A DNA stretch of 64,000 bases, taken from assembly GCA_011109175.1 (NCBI GenBank), contig RDEW01000010.1:541837-605836 (forward strand), read 5' to 3'. The notes beneath the pieces are model-generated. The model had not been told where the DNA came from. It did not search any database and worked only from the letters and a program-made list of their open reading frames with translations. The position numbers and the translations under genes are program-made. How positions within the stretch are numbered: position 1 is the stretch's first letter; every line of letters begins with the position of its first letter. This document shows, piece by piece, positions 12,057-24,249 of the stretch. The DNA is from Dicyema japonicum. Taxonomy: Eukaryota; Animalia; Dicyemida.

Positions 12057-13886
12057 GTGGCGTCATGTGGTCTACCAGTCAATAACGTTTCTGGAGGCGC
12101 TCAGGGTGCACCTAATGCACCTAGGAAAAGGACCATTTGCTCACCCCCATCCAAAGTTGGTTCTTTTGGACGGCTTCCTTCAACCTCTTCTCCCATCACT
12201 CTCAATGGGATCCTTCTACTACTTTCTGGCGACATCGAGCTCAACCAGGTCCCCAACTTTCAATTCTGCAGATTAACATCAACGGAATAAAGAGCAAAAT
12301 TTTCGAATTACGATCCTTCACAAACAACCAAAACATTGACGTGATCCTGCTTCAAGAAAGCAAGTTGACTCAGTCCGCGACTACTCCTCATTTTCCAGGT
12401 TTCGACTGCATCCGCTAGATCGCCCGAACTGCCTCGGTGGAGACCTCTTACCATCATCAGAAAGAACCTTCGTTATTCTGACACATCCGCTGAACTTAAG
12501 TCGCTTAACTAACGATGGGACCACGGAAATCTCCGGAATTTCAATATCAAACGGATCGAGTACTCTTAAAATTGCTAACATATATGTCCCTCCTCCGTCC
12601 TCTTGCCCGAAAGGATTCTTGTTAGACTTATCCAGGCTAAACAACCTAGAAAACCTAATACTTGATCTCATTTCCCCGTCCCTTCCCCTCAGTTCTCTCA
12701 ACATGGCTTCAGAAAGTTCATTCAAACGTCCACCCACTTTACTCTCTCAATTAATTTATCCTTGATGGCTTCCAACTCAAGTCCTCGTCACCTCAAAACC
12801 ATCGTCCTGCTCTGTGGATCTGCGTAAAGCCTTGACTCTGTCTCCAGGAAAATCTTAACCAGGAAATTATTTGGACTCTCCATTAACCCCAATCTAAAAC
12901 TCTGGCTTTCGAATCCCTCAGCGGGAGAAAGGCCCGGGTTTGTATGGATGGGGACCAAATCACTTTTGAGACTACTTCCCAATGGTGTTCGCAAGGCTCT
13001 CCTTTGTCCCCCGCCTTATCAACCTTTTTATGTCCGATTTGCCACGATCAGTTGATAAAGACGATCTTCTCCTCTCCTATACTGATGACATTCTAATTGG
13101 ATCCCGTGACCAGGATTTCCTAAAAGCCTCAGAAAAGAGTTCAAAAACAACTACACGTGATTCAAAATTGGTTAATATCCAACAGACTTGATATATCTCT
13201 CCTGAGAAGTCCTCCACAATCCCTATTTACCTCAGAACAAACGTCTTGAAAGAATGACCGTTGATTTATTTATCAGCCAAACTAAAATACCTTACGAAAG
13301 AAATTGAAAATCTTAGGAGTCGCCCTTTGACACGCACATGACCTTCTCCCCTCATGTCAAATATATCTCCGGAACCTGCTCAAGAAAGCTTGGTTTGATC
13401 AAATCTATTTTTGGTGGCATCAGAACCCCTTTCCCAGCATTGAAACTACTACATAAACAATTCATTGAGCCATCTATCAGCTACGCCTGTGCGTCTTGGG
13501 GAATCAACCTATCCTGGACGAACAAATAGAAAATCAGTAATATTCAGTCCTATCAGCTATAACTATCGGCAAGCTAGTGAGAACAGTCAGTCTCACACCC
13601 ACCTCTCTGGAAGACCTTATCGACAAAATGGGAAGGGATTCGCCGCTCTGTGCCGAAAATCCAACTTCCTACAATGCTCTAATGGATTGGGTCTTACTAG
13701 AAGACTTTACATCACCCCCTCTTGTATTCTTTCAAAACCCTCCCGTCTCAGAGGAAGCTGTGTTGGATCTCGGAAGGTCCACCGGAAAGATGAGAGACCT
13801 GATGGAGGCGGCCGGGATCACCTAATTAGTTTAAATACAATTAAGTTAACTATTGGTGTTCTTGGGTTAAATAAAAAATAAATAAA
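12057..13886 (+). mobile_element. Ingi/Vingi-like LINE copy A (internally deleted, frameshifted)
   Basis: 5' fold, 2A motif LLLSGDIELN(P)GP, APE (ILQINING..DVILLQESK), RT (SYTDD) and terminal EAAGIT*. Closely related to the copy at 60500-63063. Possible TSD aattacatc at 12014-12022 and 13887-13895. Confidence 0.9.
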
Positions 13887-13914
13887 AATTACATCAATGG
13901 CGGATGTGGTGCTA

Positions 13915-16889
13915 GGAAAATGTTGTTAGCGTGTTGGTCACCCATTCCAATGGAACGAAAAGAGCCAACAGCTTCTCCCACCGTCGGTGGTCCTTTCATC
14001 TCCTGTGTCTTCGACCCTGTCTGGTGTCCCCATTTATCCAGACTTTTGATTCTTCTATGTGGGGACGTCGAAACCAATCCTGGTCCATGGAGAGGTTTTA
14101 CAATTATACAACTGAATACGAATGGGATCAGGAAGAAAATCTTTGAACTCCGGGCACTCCTCCGCGAAAATGAGGCTGACCTCGCTTTAATACAGGAGTC
14201 CAAGCTATCTCCCTCTATACCAACACCCTCTTTTCCCGGACACACAGTGATCCGTAAAGATCGTCAGGGAGGACGCGGAGGAGGACTACTTACTATTATA
14301 AAGAACGATATTTTATGGATACAACTCAACGAACCTCAGAGCTTTTTGGCTCCGACAAGACTTTGGAGCAGATTACTGTCAAAATCGAGTTATTCCCGTC
14401 TTTTTGGATCCATTTGGCTAATTTATATATTCCTCCACAAGGATCGTGTCCGTCATCTTACACCCCTGATTTATCACGCATTTCAACATTGAAAAATCTA
14501 CTGTTATGTGGGGATCTTAATGCACGACATCCAGTTTGGCTCACTTCCCAATCCTCTGATAACCGAGGAGAACTCATTGCAAATTATCTTCCTGACCTGA
14601 TTATACTGAACAACCCTAACTCACATACGAGGACCCCATTAAGGATGACTGATAGCTGCACATCCCCCGACTTAACACTATGCTCACCTTCTCTGGCTGG
14701 ACTCATTTCCTGGAACGTCTTTTACGGCTTCTCCAGTGACCACAATCCAATCCTTCTAAAATTGAGAGGTCTTCGACGATACAGGAGACGGCCGGCGGAA
14801 TCAAAAAGATTCAAGGATTATACGAAGGTTGACTGGTCTGGTTTCAGTAACCTTGTGGATAAATTCTTGGCCGGGAGATTATCCTCCCAATACGCTCTAT
14901 TGATGAGGCCGCAGAAATTATCAGCGCTGCCATTCAGAAAGCTGACCATATTTTTATTCCTATATCGTCATACAAGAAGTTTATTCCTACCCTCAGCTCT
15001 TATACAATAAGTCTTATAAAACAAAGAGACCGGCTGAAGAGATGCCATCTGTTGGACATGAAGTCTTTGACAGCCCTCAGACAACTGAATAAAAGATCTG
15101 TCAGAGCATAAAAGAACACAAGGACAAGAGATGGCAGCATCTAGTTAACCACCTCGACAGGAAAAGTACATCCCGACACTTCTGGAAAACTCTTAAACAA
15201 GTCAAGTCGGAGCTGGATGATGCAGACGGAACCGGAAAGTCTTCTCCTGAACACTTATGCCACCTACATCCTAACCCTTATGAAACATTACGCTGGAATT
15301 AGCTTCAAACCATTCTCGAAACACCTGGACATTAAGGTGCGTGCCCATAAACCGAAGAAGGAACCTTATCACGAACTATTCACAGATGACCAAGTCTTGG
15401 ATGTGATCACCAGATTAAAGAGCTCACGGGCGTGCGGGCCTGACAAAGTATCTTCTATTCACCTAAAACACCTAAGCCACTACGCAATTGGCTACCTCAC
15501 GCATATATACAATCTGTCCATTAACTATAATATTATTCCAAGATTTGGAAGAATTCTATCATCAGACCGATATTGAAGGCTGGGAAACCAGAGACAGAAC
15601 CTGCATCCTACAGGCCTATTTCCGTTACCAGCACACTGTCAAAAATTATGGAGAAACTTGTATTATCAGTCATTATTCCGTATCTTCCGCGTCCTATATT
15701 TCAACATGGTTTCCTCCGCGGTAGGTCCACCGCTACATACTTGGCAACTTTATCGCAGTTCATTGCCGACGGTTTTAACACCCATCCTCCGCCTCACAAA
15801 CGCACAATCTTGGTTTCTATTGACATCAACAAAGCCTTTGACACTGTTTCGAGGAAAATCTGGTTGGAAAAATATTTTCTACTAATATTCGTCCGAATGT
15901 GAAATTATGGCTGGCCAACTTTTTGTCTGGAAGACGTGGAAGAGTAGTCAGTGGTGATCTCAGATCTAGATCACGATTACTACCGAACGGGGTACCCCAG
16001 GGGTCTCCACTTTCACCAATTCTATTCAACCTTTCCTACACGACCTACCTAATGATGGAGACGAAGATTCCCTGCTATTATCCTACGCAGACGACGTAGT
16101 CATTGCAATACGGAACCGCTCGACGCAAGTCGCATCCCTTAAAACTCAGACAAAATTGAACATTCTCCACGATTGGATTGTTGGCAATCGACTAACGATT
16201 TCTGCAACCAAGTCTATCTGTTCCACATTCACGTCGGACCGTCGTTCCAAGGATGAACCGAGTCTTTTCATTGGTCCCACGGATTCCAGTGACAAGTCCC
16301 CCACTGTCCTTGGAGTCAAGTACGACAGCCTTCTCAAATTCAACTCCCACGCAACAGACATGATCACCAGGGGCCTCCAGAAAGTTAACGTTATACGCGC
16401 CCTTGTTCGGAGGACCACGAGGAACATGGACTTTTCCGTTTCTACCTCTACCAACAAACAATCGCGCCTGCCATTGAGTATGCCTCCGTTGCATGGAGAT
16501 TCGGCTATCGGAGTCTTTGGTCCAAAGAATCAACTCGATATACCGGAAAACAATCAGTATGCTTTGCCCACGTAATGGATCAACAGTCGACCCACACTCA
16601 TGGAAGCTAAGATCCGTAGTCGTGGCTCCAGATTTTCGCGTCTGTGAGGAAGATGAAAATCCGCTTCGCCTGATCCTTTCCATGGCAAGAGAAAACCGAT
16701 TGGATAAGAAATTCCCTCCCCGATCGGATTCCTCTGCAAGACCGAGAGAAGGCTCTTCCGGAAAGTAGTGGGGACGATGGAAGATCACAGACGTCGAATG
16801 ACACAATTGATTGCGAGGACTGGGATCACCTAACTGTTTGACTCTTTTGTCTTTTTTTCTCGGTGTTCCCGGGTTATTAAAATAAATAA
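13915..16889 (+). mobile_element. Ingi/Vingi-like LINE copy B, near full length
   Basis: Flanked by an exact 11-bp TSD atgtggtgcta (13904-13914, 16890-16900). Contains 2A LLILLCGDVETNPGP, APE (GDLNARH, SDHNP), RT (GVPQGSPLSP, SYADD) and terminal RTGIT*. Confidence 0.93.
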
Positions 16890-16937
16890 ATGTGGTGCTA
16901 TGTGGATAGTTTGTCAAAATTATTTTCCTTCCTTCCG

Positions 16938-17112
16938 ATGGCGTCACTGGATCCACCTTACTGAGGTGACGCCCAATGCTGGCCGGCATCAAGAGGATCC
17001 AACAATTCTTCCCCGGGGACAACGTCGTTACCTGGTGACAAGTTTTGAAATGCTGGAACGAGTCAAGATCGAGGAGTTAGTTAGTTTGGTTACGTTTGGT
17101 CTTTGGAAATAA
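16938..17112 (+). mobile_element. Short non-autonomous derivative (S2)
   Basis: 5' fold GGCGUCA/UGACGCC and UGGAUCC/GGAUCCA. Body and 3' end are homologous to 37420-37680. Confidence 0.75.
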
Positions 17113-17833
17113 TTTTAATTTAATTTTTAATATAAAATATCTGATCTGATATTTAGATAAAACAAAAATTAAAAAATGAGCCACCACAAACAATCTTAAA
17201 GTTTCAAAAGCTAAGTATTTTGAAACTTTAGAATAAATGTTAGCAAAACTTTCATGAATCACTTACTTCCTCAATATTTAAAATTAATATTAACTTGTTC
17301 CGAATTAAGTTAATCTAAAATTATCAATGAAAAAATCCTGGTGAAATTAGAAAGCAAGTCAGAATTGCATCAATGATAATTTGATGATTAAGAATTTTCG
17401 ATTTAATGAAATTTTGAGTAAATGAAAGACAGATATTTTCTGCTAGCGAAATTTACTAAGAAATTTAAGATAGATTTCATTAATAGGTACATAATATATA
17501 GAAAATAATTTGAATATGAGATTATTAAGAATTCATCACTGTTAAATGTGACATCAGCTTCTAACAGGGAAGCACTGGCCATGAGCTTGCACGTAAAATT
17601 AAAATATTTTTGCAATTTAAAAAATTAAATAACAATAGCTATAAAATAGTAAAATTATTATTTATTAAATATTATTTTTAAATTTTAATTAATTAAAAAT
17701 TTAAAAAATAATTAATAACTCGTTAGTTAAATTCTTCTTTTGTTGGTTGGTATTTGTTTGTATTGTATTCTTTATAATTATGCCAAATATTTATATATAT
17801 TATTAAATTAATTAAACTAATAACTTAGAGAGT

Positions 17834-20800
17834 ATGAATAAAGATGCAAAGATGGACAAAAATATGCTTCATCACCCATATTATATGAGTCACCAGATGT
17901 TTTATTTACCTGTACTTGACTATGTTTATACTCCTAGAATGAGCAGCAGTTTGCCTACCATTTTCCACAAATGGATAATTACCGTATTAAATTTCCCTCA
18001 TTAGTAGATTACGATCACACACAACAGAGACAGCACCAGTATCGTAAAGCTCAACCTAAGTCTCCTCAGGTTTGAAATATTTTTTATCATTTAAGGAAAC
18101 CAACACACCAGTTTCTATAGTAACCTCAGAAAAGTCTAATGACGCAAATCCGATCGATCTAACAGGTAAACTGTCAATATTAGATATTTTTAGTTGAGAA
18201 GAAGCTAGCACAGATTCTAAAGAGCAAAAATAAGGAGGAGTTGGATAAAATGAAATCTGAAGATATCGAGGACTTGAAAAAACAAATTTCTTTGGGTATT
18301 TTTCTTATAAAACTCAGAAATTTCTGATCACAAGAAAAATTTTGAAGATTTAAAGAATCAAATTAAACGAAAAATTGGAAAATTCGTAGACTGTGATGAA
18401 AAAACAGTAATCACGTGGTTTATTTTAGAAACTTTATGATGATGTAAGCCGTATTAGTAAAAAACTGCACAACAAGTCCGACCATTTCCTTAATGGTTTA
18501 ATTTCCAATAAAGAATCGGTTGTTTTTCCTCCTTAATTTTCTAGGGAAGTGCAGTGGAGGAGATTATATCTGATATAGGTCTTATTAATGATAAACAGTA
18601 GACAAATCCCAGACTACATGTTCAAATGATACTACTAGTATTGAGGAAATGAAACGATGTATCGAACAAAACCTTTTGAATATTCAAAATTCTGTTAGTT
18701 TGTGTTAATGATGTTTTAGAACGAAAAAGTGAGGGATTCCTTAACTGAATGGGCTTTAAAGGGGAAGAAGTGTCTTAAAGGAAAGTCGATTGAGGAGCTC
18801 GATGAGATTATCGACAGCAAAACGACAGTTTTTCTATCAATTTGACTTTTTAGGGTGAATCATGGCTCGAATCTTACGAGAATGTGAGGATCAGGGAACA
18901 GGAGAGAGTAAAAGAGGAATATGGGGACTTTTTGGGCTCTGACAGCGATGATTTACTCGATGACTTGGATTTGCTGGACTCCAATCCTATCCAAGGCTCA
19001 GATAATGAGGGTGATTATGCTGAAGACCAAAACGATCCAACTTCAGGATTCTCTGGGCACGACTTTGAGAAGAGGAAGCTAGTTGAGGCTAACTACCACA
19101 GCGTTGTGAACAAAATACAGGACTTCTTTTCCAAAGTTGACCATTATGGATACACTCTGGACGCCCTCATTTTGTACAAGAATGAGGAAATAACATCTTT
19201 GACGAGGAGGGCAGAGTTATCATCGATTCGAATGGTCATTTGTTTACTAATTTTAGGAATCTGTCGTATACAAGCTAAACTGGACGAAATCGAGGCTTTG
19301 AAAAAGAAGAAGCCCAAGCTGTGCCTGATCAGGTTGAGGCTGTGGAAAGTAAGAAAGAGAAGGTATATTGCATCCCCACATGTAGGTTGTTGAGGAGAAA
19401 CCAGTCCAAGTTGAAGCTCCCTCCATAGTCAAGAGGATATTGTACTCACGACAGGAGTTTGCCAAGATAATTGCCGAGTACAGAGGTCGTGTGGAGAATT
19501 ACTCAGAGCAGTACACGATCCCTCTTGCAGAAGATGTTATATTTTTGGATTACTGTTAGATTAACGCGAGTGTGTACAGAACTTCCTCAGCTAAGGAAAG
19601 AAAGGTGGTGGAGAAGGTCAGGTTTACTAACTTGGGCACCTCCAGCGATGCTATGGTCCTTGGAAAGGATGAAAAGGTTGGGAATTTATCTCTCATTTGC
19701 AGAAACCACTTAAAGAAGTCATACGTCACTTCAACAGACTCACACCAAACAATTATGGAGAATGTATGGCTGAGTGCGAGTCTGCTATTTCTAATCTTGC
19801 TTCTAAACCTCAGTTGGTCTTGGAATGTGCTGAAGCTCTCCTTAATGTACATTTTGGATTGATTTTAGTCTATCATCTCCTGTACGATCTCTGTTGTTCC
19901 TTTGGCCCATTTGGTTAAGGATTTGGCGGTATTAGCTTTATTTACATAGAAAACTTACGGAACTATTTGTGATGGGATATCCACTGGCTGTAGAAAAGTT
20001 TTGGATGATAGGCATGTGCCCAACCAGTCATTGATTGAGATGAAATCCAAGTTTGCTGTGATCTCGGAGGTTTCAGGTTATTTAATTTGCAGGAAATTAA
20101 GAAAGAACCAAATTCTGCTAAAAGCAGGGACGCTGAATCCCTGAATGTGGAGATTGTGGATATTGAGGAAAAACAGAGAACCAAAATATTACGATCAGCC
20201 AAGTTGATTTGTTTGTTGAGCTTAGTTTGTACGGGTGGTTCTACAATTTGGATTTGGTCCCAGCTGAGACATTCTACGCCTTCCTGGACTCCTTGATGAG
20301 CTCCAAAGTAATATCCGATGTGATCTGCTTGTGTCGAGTTATGACTACTATTGGACAGAAACTAAGTACACGTGACACCAAGGTAGAGCGTTTAAATATT
20401 TTAGAAACTTAATGAAATTATGGATAAAGTGCAAGTCTACACGAAATACTCTGACATGACTATAGTATTTAATGTGATGGACCTTATTGACGACTACAAG
20501 GTTGGGTTTAATAAGCCAAAGTAGTCCAATTTCTATCTGGCTGAGTCGCATGCAAAAGACAGTGCCTGTATTGCCGAGTTGAAACAGTCATGCAAGAATT
20601 ACTTCCAGAAGAGCAGATATGGAGTGGTCAAGAATCCTGTTCAGACTAAGAAATCAAGGATGACTGACGATGGATTTACGATATCAGGGAAAGTTAATGC
20701 AAACATTGACGTTTGATGTGGAATTTATTTTAGTCCAAGTTTACGGGACAGCAAATTAATAATACTCGGTCAATGAAAAAGTTGGTCGAGGAAAAGCCGA

Positions 20801-21543
20801 TAGCCATGAAATCATTATTTGATTCAATTGGCTACAATGTTTCTGCGGATGAACCATTCTTTGATTCAAAGTATTTTATTATTTCATTTTTAGAAATCGA
20901 CTTGGAATCAGTAGTAGGCCAGTGGTGTCCAATAAATCTCTTATTGCACTAAGCAGGGATGAGATTGACCAGAAAGCTGATAGAATCCTCGAATGTTCAT
21001 GTGGGAATGAGATTGACGTTTGCTTTGCTATAATTCTTAGAGTGCGGTGGCTATCTTCAAAGATGTCCTCAACACGAAGTCTGTGGGAGATGTGTTGGCT
21101 AGTCTTTACCTTATGTACTGTGACGAGGTAACCCAGAACCGGATTCGACTACTTCAGTTTTATGAGAAGCTTCACACTTTAAATCTGCTTAACTCTGAGT
21201 TGATTAATGATATGTATTGATGGATGGTTATTTTAGGGTGAGGTGTACTCTGGAGATATACGAGAGTGACGATCTTCTTTGTGTGGATTTCCCCAAGTTT
21301 ATCCCTGATTTTGCGTGTGTTGTGTTGACGTGTTGTGGACCTTCTCCTGATATTAGGAGTTTGTTAGATACTGTGCAGTCGTGTAAGATAAAGTCAATTT
21401 TTATGTGTGAAATTATGAAAGCATTGGTATCCAAGACTTCAAATGAAGAAGTAAAGAAGTGCTGGAATTCCTGTGATATGTCTAATTGTGAATTAGACGG
21501 TGTTAGTGAGCTTGCATCATTTATTGATGAGCTAGCAATTTAA
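17834..21543 (+). CDS. EIF4G: eIF4G-like translation initiation factor (MIF4G + MA3, no evident W2)
   Basis: Splicing of about 20 micro-introns gives YSRQEFA (4E-binding-like), KEVIRHFNRLTPNNY and ICLCRVMTTIGQKL..NVMDLIDDY (MIF4G), and an MA3-like C-terminus. Two apparent 1-nt frame breaks at about 19186 and 19301. Confidence 0.8.
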
Positions 21544-22074
21544 TTAATTTAATACTCTTGTTTCTTAGTGTTTTCCTTAATTTAATAATTGTTGTCTTTA
21601 TTATGTCTTAAAAAATAATTATGTTGGTTGGTTATTGTTCGATTTTAACGAGTGAAATTAGATAAATATTTTACCTTTACTCCACAAGATTGGTGACATG
21701 CTCTAGGAATCCAAACGAAGTTTCATTGTGCTCCTGTTCTCTTGCAGCATTGACTTACCGATTATTGTACGATCGGACTACCATTGCTCTATCATTTGCA
21801 TCTTATAAACTGCAAAAAAGAAGAAAAAACTTTTTACGACCATTACAGAGTTAACCCTTAAAGGCTTCTCTATATATCACTTCTCTTGATAAAGCAGTAG
21901 TTTTTTTCAATTCAGATTAAGTCGCTTGAAGAAATAAAAGATTCATCTTTATTTTAACTAAAGAATTCTGGTTTGAAAAAAGCGTGTAACAGTAACGAGC
22001 CGCGTCGTGCTGCATGGATAATATGTTGAAGTTTTCAGTTTGCTTGTCTGTTCCGTCTCTCTCTTTCTATTAGA

Positions 22075-22306
22075 GTGGCGTCATGTGATCCACCTTTCTA
22101 GGTGACGCCCAGTGCCTGGCTGGCACGAAAAGAATCATTCGCTCTTTCCCACTCCACTGGAGGGGTTTCCACAACTGCAAATATGGACGTCTTTTACCCT
22201 TTACCTTGATTCCGGATGGACTCTGTTTCTGTAAAAGTGGAAACTGGATACACTTAATAAGTTGTTTATTTTAACTTCTTTCTCAGTGTACCCGGGGTTA
22301 ATAAAT
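22075..22306 (+). mobile_element. Short non-autonomous derivative (S3)
   Basis: 5' fold with a CGAAAA junction; 3' end ctggatacactTAA...cagtgtacccggggttaataaa. A degenerate homologue lies at 49950-50170 on the minus strand. Confidence 0.75.
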
Positions 22307-22383
22307 CAATTAATTTGAAAAAGGCATCTAAAAAGTCAAAGGTCATCAATCGTCATCTCCACGTCGAACTAATAATAATAATA

Positions 22384-22640
22384 CAGTACGATCCCGGTTT
22401 GGGGCAGACCCCAGGGGTGGTCCACCCTCGGTTTTTGGGGCAGTTTTTGAAAACAGTCACTTTTCATTATATTATTTATTTTTAATGACCCCAGTTTGGG
22501 GCACATATTTAATTTATTTAATTACAAAATTTTATTTTATTTATTAATTATTTCACGTGTTTATTTTGATTCTTGTATGGTTCGTAAAAAGAATTCAAAG
22601 ATTAATTATGAAACAAAAATTAAAATTGCTAAAGATATAA
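22384..22640 (+). mobile_element. pogo/Tigger-like DNA transposon left end
   Basis: TA|CAGTACGATCCCGGTTTGGGGCA terminal repeat, inverted at 26296-26318, followed by MVRKKNSKINYETKIKIAKDIKHG (HTH-like start). Confidence 0.55.
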
Positions 22641-22643
22641 AAC

Positions 22644-24060
22644 ATGGTCGTTTCGGCACTACGAAACCTCGGACTTGAGATAAACATAGAGAAATCGGAG
22701 CTAATAAATATCACATACTCAGAGAGTGATTTCATCAACGTGGTCGAGTCTTTCAACTCGGTACTACCTGGAATTACTGTCGTACCCAGGGACCGGACAT
22801 ACTTTCTCGGAGTGCGGAAAAAAAGTAAAGTCGTTTTTCTCAAAGTTTATATCGTATTTTTATAGCATTAATAGCATCTTTTAATTTTTAACATTTTATT
22901 CAACACTTGACTTTTTACCATTTGACTTTTTTTCCAATTATCTTATATTTTCCCTTATAAATTTTCGAAAATAGCGCAAAACGGAAAAAAAGTTTTGGTA
23001 TAATCGCTTTGATTAAATCAATTTAAGAATTTCAAGGTAATAATAAATTTTTTTTTTAAAGAATAATTTTTTTAACAATTAAACAAATGTCAGTTGAGGA
23101 AGCCTGCTGCGTGGATTGCGAACGAGTTTCCTCGGAGTATGGCTATAATAAAATTGACTTGACTTTTTTCGCTTTGGTTTAATCTTTTTGACTTAATCAA
23201 TATACGGATTTCAAGTTATAATTAAGCGTATCTTAAATACGTGTCCATTCAAAATGGCCTCCAATTAATTTTTTCAGGTTTTGGGTCAGTTCATCAATAA
23301 ACATCACGAGATTTTAGCGAAACGACATTTTAAAATCTTATAAAAATTGATTTTAAGGGGTCCTATTAGTAAGTGGAACATATTACCAAGGTCCTCGACA
23401 TCTTTAGGCAAAAAAGTCATCTTTTTTAAATCTTATAAAATTAATTTTAAGGGGTCCTATGGGTAAGTGGAACATTTTACCAAGGTCCTCGACATCTTTA
23501 GGTAAAAAAGTCATCTTTTTTAAAATCTTATAAAAATTGCGGGCAGAGCACCCCGTTATGCTGCTATGAACAACATTGTCTTGCGAGCTCTTGAGTACTG
23601 GAGCCTGTGAGATTGGACCGCGGAGATGGGAAAAGACCGGATGGGTTAACTATCTTTCAGTTCACTGAGGGAAAATCGCTCGTATGGGACTGCACTGTTG
23701 TGGATTCTTTCTCAAACTCGATGATGCTCAGCTCGGCGCAGTCTGCTGGATCGGCAACCGATCTGGCCGAGAAAATCAAGATTAAAAAATATGGCGAATT
23801 GGAGACCGCTACCGTTTTGTACCGGTAGCAATCTACACGTCTGGTGCGGTCGGAAGTGTTACAACATCTTTCCTAAAGGAAACCGGGGGAAAATTGGCCC
23901 ACCGCAAGAAAGACGTGCGGGAAGCGGTCTGGCTTAGGCAAAGAATTGGTATCGCAGTTGTTCGCGGAAACGCTTACTGCGTGATGTCAGCAGGCGCTTA
24001 CCCCCATAGTTAATAAATAATATTTTATTGTTAATAAATTTTTGAAAAAAAGTCCCTACT
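22644..24060 (+). mobile_element. CRE-type LINE, deleted and interrupted by a terminal-repeat insertion (22790-23530)
   Basis: LGLEINIEKSE..LPGITVV (RT end), then KRPDGLTIF..GKSLVWDCTVVDS..KIKKY..QRIGIAVVRGNA (RLE). Confidence 0.75.
22790..23530. repeat. Dispersed repeat with AAAAAGTCA(A/T) subrepeats and a ~90-bp tandem unit (DNA-transposon terminal region)
   Basis: 22790-23020 is similar to 24995-25215. 23260-23530 is the reverse complement of 36345-36657. Confidence 0.7.
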
Positions 24061-24249
24061 TCAATAAACTGATTGATTTTTCTCTTATATTTGACAAAGA
24101 ACAGCTCTCTGATTTGAATCTGAATAATATCAATCTTAGACAAGTCATTACAGTTGTCGGGGAGGCATGGAAATGAAAAAAAACCAATTCGGTGGGAAAA
24201 TTACTGATTATTTTTAGTAGTATTTTTTTGTTGGATTTAATACAATATT

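Noticed and set aside
16955-17001. Hammerhead, twister or pistol interpretation of the 5' motif
   Set aside because: No CUGANGA/GAAA core and no twister or pistol consensus. The stem order fits only the HDV-type topology.
16192-17022. 276-aa minus-strand ORF and similar long antisense ORFs (12381-12737, 24390-24893, 47596-48024)
   Set aside because: Antisense shadows of LINE coding regions with no recognisable domains.
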